Shown piece by piece: positions 36,441 through 45,780 of a stretch of DNA of 64,000 bases (positions within the stretch are counted from its first letter, which is position 1; each line of letters begins with the position of its first letter). A program made the position numbers and the translations under genes. The notes under the pieces are model-generated. The model did no database searches. It saw only the letters and a program-made list of their open reading frames with translations, and was not told the origin of the DNA. Location: positions 2,022,920 through 2,086,919 of the forward strand of contig OZ253442.1 of NCBI GenBank assembly GCA_965261085.1, read 5' to 3'. This stretch comes from a bacterium. Lineage in GTDB: Bacteria; UBA8248.

Positions 36441-37424
36441 ATGATGAAGATCATACACGTGCATGAATTCGGCGACCCCGAGGTGATGGTTCTGGAGGAG
36501 GCGGCGGACCCGGCGCCCGCAGCGGGGCAAATCCTGGTCGACGTGAAGGCGGCGGGCGTGAACCCCGTGGACACCACCTTTCGCTCGGGCGCGCATCCGC
36601 TCTCCAAAAGCCTGGCGCTGCCCTGGACGCCCGGCATCGACGCTGCGGGCGATGTGATAGCCGTCGGAGACGGCGTAAGCGCCTTCTCCCCCGGCGACAG
36701 GGTCTTCGGCGCAGCCACAAGCGGCGCTTACGCCGAAAAGGCGCTCTTGAATCCATTCCGCACGGCGAAACTCCCCGACAACCTCTCGTATGAAGAAGGC
36801 GCGTCCTTGCCGGTGGTCTTGTACACGGCCTATTACGCGCTGATTTACAAGGCGGGCATCAAGGCGGGCGAGACGGTGCTCATCCACGCGGGCGCGGGCG
36901 GCGTGGGCTGCATGGGGATTCAGATCGCGAAAGCCGCCGGTGCGCGCGTCATCACCACGGTGAGTTCCGAGGAAAAGGCCGCGTTTTGCCGCGAGTTCGA
37001 CGCCGACGTGGTGATCAACTACCGCGAGGAGGATTTCGCCGAGCGCTGCCTCGCCGAGACCGACGGGCGCGGGGTGGATTCGGTGGTCGAGATGGTGGTG
37101 GTGGAGAATTTCGACGCCGACTGCCGGGCGGTGAAGAAATACGGCTGCATCGTCGTCCTGGGGGCCGGCACGGGCAAAAACCCCGTTGGTTCGGTGAACT
37201 ATCCGCCGTTTTACTCCAAAGACATCGACGTGCGGGGGATGAGCCTGTTCAACTCCGACCCCGTTTTCCCGGAAATGGTGCGTCAGTTGGATCTGATGCT
37301 GGCCGATGGCAGGGTGCGCGCCTCGGTGGGAGAGACGATGCCGCTCGCAGAGGCGGCGCGCTCCCACGACGTGCTCATGACGGGAAAGGTTTTCGGGAAA
37401 ATCGTTTTGACGATGGGCGGCTAG
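36441..37424 (+). CDS. qor: NADPH:quinone oxidoreductase / zeta-crystallin-type MDR
   Basis: GVNPVD, HAGAGGVG and KIVL C-terminus. 327 aa. Confidence 0.8.
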   Translation: MMKIIHVHEFGDPEVMVLEEAADPAPAAGQILVDVKAAGVNPVDTTFRSGAHPLSKSLALPWTPGIDAAGDVIAVGDGVSAFSPGDRVFGAATSGAYAEKALLNPFRTAKLPDNLSYEEGASLPVVLYTAYYALIYKAGIKAGETVLIHAGAGGVGCMGIQIAKAAGARVITTVSSEEKAAFCREFDADVVINYREEDFAERCLAETDGRGVDSVVEMVVVENFDADCRAVKKYGCIVVLGAGTGKNPVGSVNYPPFYSKDIDVRGMSLFNSDPVFPEMVRQLDLMLADGRVRASVGETMPLAEAARSHDVLMTGKVFGKIVLTMGG

Positions 37425-37454
37425 CCGCCGCATCGGAGCATCTGGTGAACCCAC

Positions 37455-37757
37455 ATGAATGACGATGCGATTCAGCCGGGAATTGCGGGGACGTATTCCG
37501 TCGTCGTGGCGGATGAGCACGCGCCCCAGCACCTAAGGGGTACGAACGCCGAGGTGGTGGCGACGCCCAAGGGGATGCGGATTGAGGCGCGGGCGCGGCA
37601 TATCGAGCGTGAGGGAAGGCGCTGCGTGTTCCAAGTGGAGATTCACGACGAGGTGGAAGTCGTCGCCAGGGGAGAGAACGAGCGCTTTATCGTTCCCCGT
37701 GAGCGCACGAATAAAAAACTCATGCGGAAGATTGAAGAAGTTAATAAACGACAGTAA
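37455..37757 (+). CDS. Short hotdog-fold thioesterase-like protein (possibly internally deleted)
   Basis: The ends resemble fluoroacetyl-CoA-thioesterase-like proteins (GTYSVVVADEH..., RCVFQVEIHDE...GENERFIV), but the central ~30 aa seem absent. Confidence 0.4.
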   Translation: MNDDAIQPGIAGTYSVVVADEHAPQHLRGTNAEVVATPKGMRIEARARHIEREGRRCVFQVEIHDEVEVVARGENERFIVPRERTNKKLMRKIEEVNKRQ

Positions 37758-37798
37758 TTCAAATCGATACGGATATCTCACAAGATTCAAGGAAAGAC

Positions 37799-38971
37799 AT
37801 GGATGGTTTGGAAGGAATTCGGGTGCTGGACCTCACGCATTACGTGGCGGGTCCGTTCTGCACATTGATGATGGGCGACGCGGGCGCGGACGTGGTGAAG
37901 CTCGAACCGCCGGAGGGCGATCGCGTCCGGAATTTTCCGTCCTCCTTCGCCGGGGAGAGCAGGCTCTTTCTGGGACTCAACCGCAGCAAGCGGAGTCTCG
38001 CACTCAACCTGCGCACGGAGCAGGGCAGGGAGATCGCCAAAAAACTCGCCTCACAAGTGGACGTGTTCGTGGAGGGTTATCGCCCCGGCGCCATCGAGAA
38101 ATTCGGACTCGGCGCGGACGCCCTGATGCGCGAAAACCCCCGGCTCATCTATCTCTCGGTCTCCGCCTACGGGCAGGGTGGCCCTCTGCGCGAACGCCGG
38201 GGCATCGACCCCATCATCCAGACGACGGCGGGCATTCCCGCCGAGCAGGGAGCGGGCGGCGCGCCTGAACTCGTGCAGGGTTCTTTTGTGGATTACATGA
38301 CGGGCGCGCTCGCACTCGGCGCGGTGATGATGGCGCTTTACGTGCGCGAGCGCACCGGCGAGGGCCAGCGCATCGACGCATCGCTCCTGGGCGGGGCCAC
38401 GGCCATGCAGTTCGGCCGCCTCATGTGGGCGAGCGATTCAGAACCCGTCTCTGAGGTGGAAGACGCCCTGAACGACAGGATCGCCCGCGTCTATGAAGTT
38501 TCCGATGGACACATCTATCTCTACATGGACGTGGATGGTTTCTGGGAGAAATCCTGCGAGATTTTAGGCCTTCCCGAATTGCTTAAAGTCGATGCCTGGC
38601 GAACCTTCCGGGGAAGGCACGATGCGCGCGAAGTCATCATCCCCCGCGTTCAGGAGGTCTTGCGCACCGCGCCGGGCGAGGAGTGGGTGCGCAAGTTCGA
38701 GGGCGAGGGCGTGCCCTGCGCGCGCGTTAGGAAGCCCACGGATCTATATGAGGATCCCCAGATGAAGGCGATGGGCTATCTGGCGCAGGCCGAGCATCCC
38801 GAATACGGCGTTTTACAAATCGGAGGCGTGCCCGTGAAGTTCGATAAAACCCCATCCTCCGTGCGGAGGCCGCCGCCCATGCTGGGACAGCATACCGATG
38901 AGGTGCTGGCGGAGCTGGGTTTCTCCGAAGAAGAGATAGCCGCTCTCAGAACGGAGGACGTCGTCCGCTAG
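37799..38971 (+). CDS. Family III CoA-transferase (CaiB/BaiF)
   Basis: GIRVLDLTHYVAGPFCTLMMGDAGADVVKLEPPEGD signature. Confidence 0.85.
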   Translation: MDGLEGIRVLDLTHYVAGPFCTLMMGDAGADVVKLEPPEGDRVRNFPSSFAGESRLFLGLNRSKRSLALNLRTEQGREIAKKLASQVDVFVEGYRPGAIEKFGLGADALMRENPRLIYLSVSAYGQGGPLRERRGIDPIIQTTAGIPAEQGAGGAPELVQGSFVDYMTGALALGAVMMALYVRERTGEGQRIDASLLGGATAMQFGRLMWASDSEPVSEVEDALNDRIARVYEVSDGHIYLYMDVDGFWEKSCEILGLPELLKVDAWRTFRGRHDAREVIIPRVQEVLRTAPGEEWVRKFEGEGVPCARVRKPTDLYEDPQMKAMGYLAQAEHPEYGVLQIGGVPVKFDKTPSSVRRPPPMLGQHTDEVLAELGFSEEEIAALRTEDVVR

Positions 38972-39101
38972 CATATTTTATATTTTCAGTCGGGCGTATT
39001 GACCGAAAGACGCACCGCGCTTAGCATCCCGCCGGAATCCAAGACATATAAAATTTTCGGCGAAACTTTTTTTGCCATTTTAATCAAACGTGGAGAGGAA
39101 A

Positions 39102-40322
39102 ATGATTCGCAAACTACGCACCGAAAGAGACAACCAGCAGTGGATGCTCGACCTGGCCTTGAACATGAGAGGCCGCGTCCAGAACTTCGAGCGCGATTAC
39201 CTGGAAGTCCCCCAGGGCAAGCGCGCGCACAACTACCAGATGCTGCCCAAGGTCTGGCGCGAGTCCGCAGAAGAACACGAGAAACTCGCCAAGAAGGCCC
39301 AGAGAGAAGGCTTTAACGCCACGGCCACGGAGCATTACGACCACGCCATCGAGGCCTACCGCATGGCGCAGCACCCGATATTCTATGACGACAACCCGGT
39401 GAAGATTTATCTGTGCAACAAGCTCAAGGAGATGGTCGACAGGCGCTCCGAGACGGCCTCCTACCCCATCGAGCGCGTCGAGGTGCCCTTTGACGACGGC
39501 AAGACCATATCCTGCCTCCTGCACCTGCTGCCCGACCGCAGGAAAGCGCCCTGCATCATCTACGTGCCGGGCATGGACCAGAGCAAGGAAGTCTTCCCCC
39601 GCGCGCGGCACAACGTGGCGGCGGACCGGGGCTTTCACGTCCTGGCGATGGACGGTCCCGGACAAGGGAATTCCAACATCCAGAAAATCCGCGCCGTAGG
39701 CGACAACTACGAGCGCGCGGGCGCAGCGGTGATGGACTACCTCCTGGGGCGCGAGGAGATCGAGCCCACCAAGATCGGCATCTACGGCATCAGCATGGGC
39801 AGCTTCTGGTCGCTCCGCCTGGCGAGTTACGATCACCGTGCGGCGGCTGTGGCGAGTGCGGTGGCGTGTTTCAACCCGAACAACACCATCTTCACGCAGT
39901 CCTCGCCGCGCTTCAAGCAGGTGTTCATGTACATGGCGGGCATGGACGATGAAGATGCGTTCGACGAGATGGCGCGCAACATGACCGTCAAGGGCTACAT
40001 GGACAAGATCCAGTGCCCCACGCTGCTGGTGACGGGCGAGTTCGACCCGCTCTGCCCGCTCGAGGACGCCATCGAGGTGTATGAGGATTTGACGTGTAAG
40101 AAAGAGATGTGGGTGTTCGAGAACCAGTTCCACCCCTTGGTGAGCTTGAAGAACCTGGGCGGCATGGACAACCACCAGTACATTTTGGATTGGCTGCACC
40201 GCGCCCTGATGGATGAGAACGTGAACGAGAGCCGCGTCGCCTACGTCAAGGAGAAAGGCGACGGGCCGTTCGGCGAGTGCGAGTGGACGCCTCCCGTAAG
40301 GCCCGGAGAGGTGTATTTCTAG
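39102..40322 (+). CDS. Alpha/beta hydrolase (FrsA/dienelactone-hydrolase-like)
   Basis: GISMGS nucleophile elbow. The ATG follows GGAGAGG. Confidence 0.7.
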   Translation: MIRKLRTERDNQQWMLDLALNMRGRVQNFERDYLEVPQGKRAHNYQMLPKVWRESAEEHEKLAKKAQREGFNATATEHYDHAIEAYRMAQHPIFYDDNPVKIYLCNKLKEMVDRRSETASYPIERVEVPFDDGKTISCLLHLLPDRRKAPCIIYVPGMDQSKEVFPRARHNVAADRGFHVLAMDGPGQGNSNIQKIRAVGDNYERAGAAVMDYLLGREEIEPTKIGIYGISMGSFWSLRLASYDHRAAAVASAVACFNPNNTIFTQSSPRFKQVFMYMAGMDDEDAFDEMARNMTVKGYMDKIQCPTLLVTGEFDPLCPLEDAIEVYEDLTCKKEMWVFENQFHPLVSLKNLGGMDNHQYILDWLHRALMDENVNESRVAYVKEKGDGPFGECEWTPPVRPGEVYF

Positions 40323-40369
40323 GAAGAGCGGAGAGGGCCGGGCATCCATTCGGCAGGGGGGAACTCCTC

Positions 40370-40620
40370 ATTTGGGGTTCACTCCCCCCTGGAGATGCAT
40401 TGCCTATCGACGAGAGAGGAGAAAACCACTCCCCCCTTGAGGGGGAGTCAGTGAGCTAAGGGCAAAAGCCCGCAAGCGAACTGGTGGGGGGTATGGTTCT
40501 GAAATATGGGTTCTCCACAAAATGGGATTCACCCCTCACCGACTCAGCCTTCGCATAAACCGCTCGGCTTCGCCGACTCCCCCTCAAGGGGGGAGTGAAC
40601 CGCGGCCGATCTGGTATAGA
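40370..40620. repeat. Cluster of REP-like elements (types A and B with ACTCCCCC-TTGA/TCAA-GGGGGAGT hairpins)
   Basis: The type B unit at ~40427..40492 is near-identical to 59137..59202. The type A unit at ~40530..40598 is near-identical to 57617..57686 and 58983..59053. Confidence 0.85.
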
Positions 40621-40750
40621 GTTTCACCGAATCGAAGTTTCCCGGGAGGCGCTCATGTTTTCTGCAGGTCTTGAATCCCTCGTCGTATCGCCGGCCGCCG
40701 CTCCCCGGTTTTTCGGCGTCAGCGTCTCCCCGAGCCGGTAAGCCCACTCC

Positions 40751-41626
40751 TTGGATCACCACCTCGCCATAGTTTTGAGTCTCGTGGCGTCGGTTTCGTT
40801 CGCCGTCTTCAGCATCGTTGCGAGAAAGGGGCTGGGGGAGACCTCGCCCTACGTCGGCGCCCTCATCGGACTGGCGATAGGGATTCCGATTCTGGGGGGT
40901 CTCTCCCTCGTCTTCTCGGACTGGGGCGGACTCACTTACAAGGCGGCGCTGTGGTTCTTCGTGGGCGGAATCCTCGCGCCGGGCTTCAGCCGGTTTCTTC
41001 TTTTTTTAGGCTACAGAACCATCGGCGTGGGCCGCACCATGCCTCTGGTGACGATTACCCCTTTCCTCGCGACGCTGGTGGCGATCGCCTGGCTCGGGGA
41101 GAGACCGGACGTAGCTGTCTGGCTCGCCATTTTTTTCGTCACGGCGGGGTGCCTGTTCCTGACGGTGAAGCCCGAGGGGGATTCCGACTGGCGGCGGATT
41201 CACATGATCTATCCTTTTCTGCACGCCTTCGTGATGGCCTTCGCCTCTACAATGAGGCGCTATGGGTTGCTTCTGTATGGAGACTTCATCATCGGCGCGC
41301 TGATTGCGAACGTCGTCTCCCTGCCCACGCTCCTGCTGTTCGCTCCCGCCCTGCCCAAGGCCGAGCGTTTCCGTATGGACAAAAGGGGGCTTGCATGGTT
41401 CACGGTCGCGGGCATCATCAACGCGGTGGCGTATATCACGTTTTTCGCCGCGTTTCAGTATGGAGAAGTGTTCATCGTCATGCCCTTGAGCTATACGGCT
41501 CCTTTGTTCTCCTTGCTGCTCGCGCGGGTCTGGCTGAAGGAGGAGGAGAAACTGACGTGGCAAAAATGGGCCGGCGCGGCCCTGCTCTTTTTCGGCACGG
41601 TCATCATCGCCTGGGCGAGCGCGTAG
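40751..41626 (+). CDS. EamA/DMT-family transporter
   Basis: 291 aa, polytopic, paralogous to the next gene. Non-ATG start, so the exact start is uncertain. Confidence 0.7.
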   Translation: MDHHLAIVLSLVASVSFAVFSIVARKGLGETSPYVGALIGLAIGIPILGGLSLVFSDWGGLTYKAALWFFVGGILAPGFSRFLLFLGYRTIGVGRTMPLVTITPFLATLVAIAWLGERPDVAVWLAIFFVTAGCLFLTVKPEGDSDWRRIHMIYPFLHAFVMAFASTMRRYGLLLYGDFIIGALIANVVSLPTLLLFAPALPKAERFRMDKRGLAWFTVAGIINAVAYITFFAAFQYGEVFIVMPLSYTAPLFSLLLARVWLKEEEKLTWQKWAGAALLFFGTVIIAWASA

Positions 41627-41660
41627 GCGAAATGGAAAAAGCCTCAAACTGGAGAACGCC

Positions 41661-42536
41661 TTGAATCCCATGTTGGCCTCGTTTTTTGCGCTCGCCTCCT
41701 CAGTGCTCTTCGCCGTCTTCAGCGTCATGGCGCGAAGGACCATGCGCCACACGAGCGCCTTCACGGGCAGCCTGGTGACGCTGAGCATCGGGACGGTGGT
41801 TCTGGTGGTCGTTTCCGCCTTTTTTTCCTCATGGGACAAGCTCACGCTGCCGGTCGCCTTGTGGTTTCTGGCGGGCGGCGCGCTCGCGCCCGGAATGGCG
41901 CAGGCGCTCATGTTCCTGAGCATCAGCTATATCGGGGTGGGCCGCGCCATGCCGCTCATCACGGTGACGCCTTTTTTCTCCACGCTCGTGGCGATGGCCT
42001 GGCTGGGCGAGCGACCGGGCGTCGTGGTATTAGGCGCGACGATTTTCGTGGTCGCGGGATGCGTTCTGCTGGCCCTGAAAAGAGTAGGGGAAAAGCCCTG
42101 GCGGAGGATTTTCATCCTCATGCCGCTGGCGCACGCTATCTCGTTCGCCTTCGCCGCATCCATCAGAAAACAGGCGATCACTCTCATGCCCGAACCGCTG
42201 CTGGGGGCCACGCTTTCCTATGTGATTTCCATTCCCGTGCTGTTCCTGTTCTATCCCTTCCTGCCGGAAGATGAGCGTATCTCCTTCAACCGGGCGGGCG
42301 TGAAGGGATTCGCGCTGGCGGGCTCGATTCTCACGCTTTCTTTTTTCTGCCACTTCACGTCGTATCGCTACGGGGACGTCTCGATCATCGCCCCCATCGT
42401 GTATACGGCCCCGCTGTTCTCCCTGCTGCTGGCGCGAGTCTGGCTCAAGGGAGAGGAGGAGATTACCTGGCAGAAAACCGCCGGCGCCGTCTTGTTGTTC
42501 ATCGGGATGGTGGTGATCATCTGGCAGGCCGCGTGA
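41661..42536 (+). CDS. EamA/DMT-family transporter, tandem paralogue
   Basis: Collinear with 40751..41626 (for example the shared C-terminal LFSLLLARVWLK.EE..TWQK). The start could be ATG 41670. Confidence 0.7.
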   Translation: MNPMLASFFALASSVLFAVFSVMARRTMRHTSAFTGSLVTLSIGTVVLVVVSAFFSSWDKLTLPVALWFLAGGALAPGMAQALMFLSISYIGVGRAMPLITVTPFFSTLVAMAWLGERPGVVVLGATIFVVAGCVLLALKRVGEKPWRRIFILMPLAHAISFAFAASIRKQAITLMPEPLLGATLSYVISIPVLFLFYPFLPEDERISFNRAGVKGFALAGSILTLSFFCHFTSYRYGDVSIIAPIVYTAPLFSLLLARVWLKGEEEITWQKTAGAVLLFIGMVVIIWQAA

Positions 42537-42539
42537 CGT

Positions 42540-42960
42540 AAGGGGGCACCCCTACCGAGAAACTTGGTATTCAATGTCACTCCCTCTTGAGGGTTAAACG
42601 CGACCGGGGAGGAAGGAGATTCACTCCCCCCTTGTTTGCAATCACTCCCTTGAGGGTCGGGCTTTCCGAGGGGAAAGTCCGTCGGCAAGGCGAGGACGGA
42701 GTCTGAAGCCGCGCCGGTGGGGGGTATGATTCTCAAATATAGGTTACCCAGAAAAGTATAAGCTCCCCCCACCAGTTCGGTTGCGGGCTTACGCCCTTAC
42801 CTCACTGACAATCCCTCATTCTTCAATCGGGCTTGACCCTCAAGGGGGGAGTGGTTCTCCTATTTTTTGATCGGACTTCACCCGTAGGGGCGGACCTGCG
42901 TGTCCGCCCGGTTTCATGACGACCGCCTCGGCACGGGAGAACACGCAGGTTCTCCCCTAC
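42540..42960. repeat. Cluster of REP-like elements
   Basis: Degenerate type B hairpins, a reverse-orientation type B fragment (~42765..42810), GTAGGGGCGGACCTGCGTGTCCGCCC (42884..42909) and GGGAGAAC-N-GTTCTCCC. Confidence 0.8.
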
Positions 42961-43088
42961 AAACCCACCTCTTTTTATAGCCGCCCATTTGGACAGGCGC
43001 GTCGCAGGAGTGATACGTTTTTTCCCAATAACAATTCCGGTTTCCATGCGCGCGCCAGGGCGCATCTTGAGGCGAAAGGGGGTTGAAC

Positions 43089-44192
43089 ATGCAGGCTGAT
43101 CTGTTCCGCGTGGCGATGGATTCACCAGACGACATATCCGGCGTGGTCGCTCTCGTCGAGGAGGGTAAATGCAGGCCCGAGGAAATCGTCGGCATCATGG
43201 GCAAGACCGAAGGAAACGGCTGCGTGAACGATTTTTCCCGGGGGTTCAGCAATTTCGTCCTGCTCGATTATTTTTCAAGAGTGACGGGAAAGAAGCGTGA
43301 GGAGGTGGAAGAGCAGATCGCCCTCATCATGTCCGGGGGAACCGAGGGGGTCATGTGTCCACACTTTTCGGTGTTCTCCAGATCGGAGAACGGCGGAGGC
43401 GACGGAAGCGCGAAGCGCCTCGCCATCGCCTCGGGCCACACGACGGATTTTCTTCCCGAGGAGATGGGCAGGATGGCGCAGATACACGCGACGGCCGACC
43501 TCGTCCGGCGATTGATGGAAGAGGCGCAAATCGAAAGCGTAGAGGATCTGCATTTCGTTCAGGTGAAGTGCCCGCTCCTGACCGGGGACCGCATGGCGGA
43601 CGCCTTAGGGCGCGGGAAGACGCTCTGCACCGAGGACACTTATAAGTCCATGGGATACTCACGCGGCGCATCGGCGCTGGGCGTGGCCCTGGCGGCGGGC
43701 GAGGTGGAAGAGAATCAGTTGAGCGACGACGTGGTTTGTAAGGATTGGTCGCTGCAATCGGGTGTCGCCTCCACCTCCGCGGGAATCGAATTGATGTGCA
43801 ACGAGGTGATGGTCATCGGCAACAGCGCGGCCTGGGGCGGAGAACTGGTCGTCGGCCACAGCGTCATGCAAGACGCCATCGACCGGGACGCGGTTCGCGA
43901 AGCCATCGTGAACGCGGGGATTTCATTCGACTGGGCGCTCTCACCCGAGGAGCGCGGGCGAATCGTCAACGTCTTTGCGAAATGCGAGGCCTCCCCCGAC
44001 GGCCTGGTGCGGGGCCGCAGGCACACGATGCTCGATGATTCGGACATCAACAATACGCGCCACGCCCGCTCGGTCGTGAACGCCGTGGTCTCCTCCGTCG
44101 TCGGCGACCCGATGATGTTCGTCTCGGGAGGCGCTGAGCACCAGGGTCCTCCCGGCGGCGGGCCCGTCGCGGCCGTCGTCCGGGCGGAGTAG
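43089..44192 (+). CDS. Ring-opening amidohydrolase of the AtzD/TrzD/barbiturase family
   Basis: The N-terminus DLFRVAMDSPDDISGV...IVGIMGKTEGNGCVNDFSRGF closely follows the cyanuric acid amidohydrolase pattern. ~367 aa. Confidence 0.8.
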   Translation: MQADLFRVAMDSPDDISGVVALVEEGKCRPEEIVGIMGKTEGNGCVNDFSRGFSNFVLLDYFSRVTGKKREEVEEQIALIMSGGTEGVMCPHFSVFSRSENGGGDGSAKRLAIASGHTTDFLPEEMGRMAQIHATADLVRRLMEEAQIESVEDLHFVQVKCPLLTGDRMADALGRGKTLCTEDTYKSMGYSRGASALGVALAAGEVEENQLSDDVVCKDWSLQSGVASTSAGIELMCNEVMVIGNSAAWGGELVVGHSVMQDAIDRDAVREAIVNAGISFDWALSPEERGRIVNVFAKCEASPDGLVRGRRHTMLDDSDINNTRHARSVVNAVVSSVVGDPMMFVSGGAEHQGPPGGGPVAAVVRAE

Positions 44193-44284
44193 GCGTCCCT
44201 CGATACGGCGCAAAAGCGCGCCTACTCGGGATGAGGGATGTGTATATATTATAAGGATAAGGAGGGTGGACTCTCCGCCGGGCT

Positions 44285-44680
44285 TCCCTTGTAGGGACAG
44301 GTCGCGACCTGTCCATTGAATTCTTTGTCAACCGAAACGAAAAAAGGGCGGACACATAGGTCCTCCCCTACAATCCCATCGCGTTTTGCGTAGGGCAGCC
44401 CCTCCTTCATCAGTCGGAGTTGACTATGTCTCCGCCCAGGCCCCCTTGGTTATCCTTCGCAAATCAGGGTGTCGTGTAGGGGCGGACCTATGTGTCCGCC
44501 CTGCCCCCTGTGGTTGTCCATTGCAGAACGGGGCTTCGGACAGGTCGCGACCTGTCCCTACGGGCTGTCAAGGTTTTCCGTAGGGGCCGCATATATGCGG
44601 CCCTCATGGCACGAACCGGTCGGGTCGGTCGGGTCGCATGTATGCGTGGGGCGGTCCCGAATAGGAACCGCCACCTACAA
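44285..44680. repeat. Dense cluster of GTAGGG-hairpin REP elements
   Basis: At least seven units, including 44291..44314, 44346..44371, 44476..44501, 44539..44562, 44581..44603 and 44648..44678. Each is a GC-rich palindrome abutting (C)TAC/GTAG(G). Confidence 0.85.
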
Positions 44681-44702
44681 AACCATTCTCCCCGAGAGGA
44701 TT

Positions 44703-45779
44703 CTATCCCGCCGATATGTTGCGCCGCGCCTGCACGAACACCACCGTCAGGACGATGATGGCCTGAAAGACGAACACCGCGGCCCCCGGCAGACCGATGC
44801 TGCGCTGCAGCGAATCAGAACCCGACACCAGCACGGCGAACACCGCGGCGGCTATCGTCACCCCCAGGGGGTTGTTGCGCCCGATGACTGCTATCAGAAT
44901 GGCCATCGCCCCGTAGTTGGGCGCGCCCTCCGAGCCGCTTATCCCCAGAAGCAGGCTCTGGTGGAATCCCGAGACCTCGATGGCTCCGGCCAGGCCCGAG
45001 AGCGCGCCGCAGGTCGGCATGATGATCAAGGTGATGCGCGCGACGTTGATGCCGCCGAAGCGCGCGGCCCGGGGGTTGTCCCCCACCGCGCGGATCTCAT
45101 AGCCCACGATGGTGCGCGTCATCAAGAAATACATGCCCACGGCCGCCGCCAGCGCGATGATGAAACCGAAGTGCGCGCCCGATTTCGGCATCACCTGGGG
45201 CAGCACGGAGGCGTCCGGAATCGGAAGCGAGATGGCATCTCCCGCCAGGGGGTCGTTCCAGGGGCCGTTGGCGAGGTAATCCACCAGATAGAGCGCGACG
45301 AAGTTCAGCATCACCGTCACGAATATCTCGCTCACCTGGTAGCGCACGCGCAGGATTCCGGGAATGAATCCCCAGAACCACCCGCCCAGAATGCCGCCCA
45401 GAAGTCCCAGGGGGACGAAGACCGGCCAGGGCAGGTTCAAACCTTCTAAAGCAAAGGCCGTGCCCGTCATGCCGATGGCGCCCGCGTATATCTGCCCGTC
45501 CACGCCGATGTTGAAGTGCCCGCCCCGCATTCCGAAGGCGACCGCGAGCGAAGCCAGAAGCAGGGGGCAGAATTTGTTCAAGGTCTGCGCGAACCCGCCC
45601 CACGTGCCGAGCGAGGAGCGAAGAACGGTCCCCAACGCCACGAGCACGTCCCCGCCGAAGGCGACGATGAAGATTGCGCCGCACGCCAGGGCCAGTATAG
45701 CCGCCGACGAGTAGGTGATCGCGATTTCAATGGCCGCTTTTTTCTTCTCCGCCAAACTCGCCGCGCTCGAACTCGCCAT
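44703..45779 (-). CDS. BMP/nucleoside-type ABC transporter permease
   Basis: 358 aa, polytopic, in an operon with a BMP-family binding protein and a double ATPase. Confidence 0.75.
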   Translation of the reverse strand: MASSSAASLAEKKKAAIEIAITYSSAAILALACGAIFIVAFGGDVLVALGTVLRSSLGTWGGFAQTLNKFCPLLLASLAVAFGMRGGHFNIGVDGQIYAGAIGMTGTAFALEGLNLPWPVFVPLGLLGGILGGWFWGFIPGILRVRYQVSEIFVTVMLNFVALYLVDYLANGPWNDPLAGDAISLPIPDASVLPQVMPKSGAHFGFIIALAAAVGMYFLMTRTIVGYEIRAVGDNPRAARFGGINVARITLIIMPTCGALSGLAGAIEVSGFHQSLLLGISGSEGAPNYGAMAILIAVIGRNNPLGVTIAAAVFAVLVSGSDSLQRSIGLPGAAVFVFQAIIVLTVVFVQARRNISAG

Positions 45780-45780
45780 T

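Noticed and set aside
39114-40349. 411-aa ORF on the minus strand, fully antisense to the alpha/beta hydrolase gene. The same pattern occurs at 46111..47406, 36423..37532, 28992..30371, 30948..32108, 33291..34646, 48451..51051 and 35326..35973.
   Set aside because: These are Arg/Gly/Pro/His-rich, low-complexity translations with no recognisable motifs. They lie opposite genes with clear family signatures. This is the typical stop-codon-poor antisense frame of GC-rich DNA.
44469-45449. 326-aa plus-strand ORF beginning in the REP cluster. Similar ORFs are at 8702..9010, 3516..3833, 3299..3511, 42368..42772 and 42823..43125.
   Set aside because: They are read-through of palindromic repeats or the antisense of a permease gene. 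Their composition is Cys/Arg/Gly-rich and no motifs are present.
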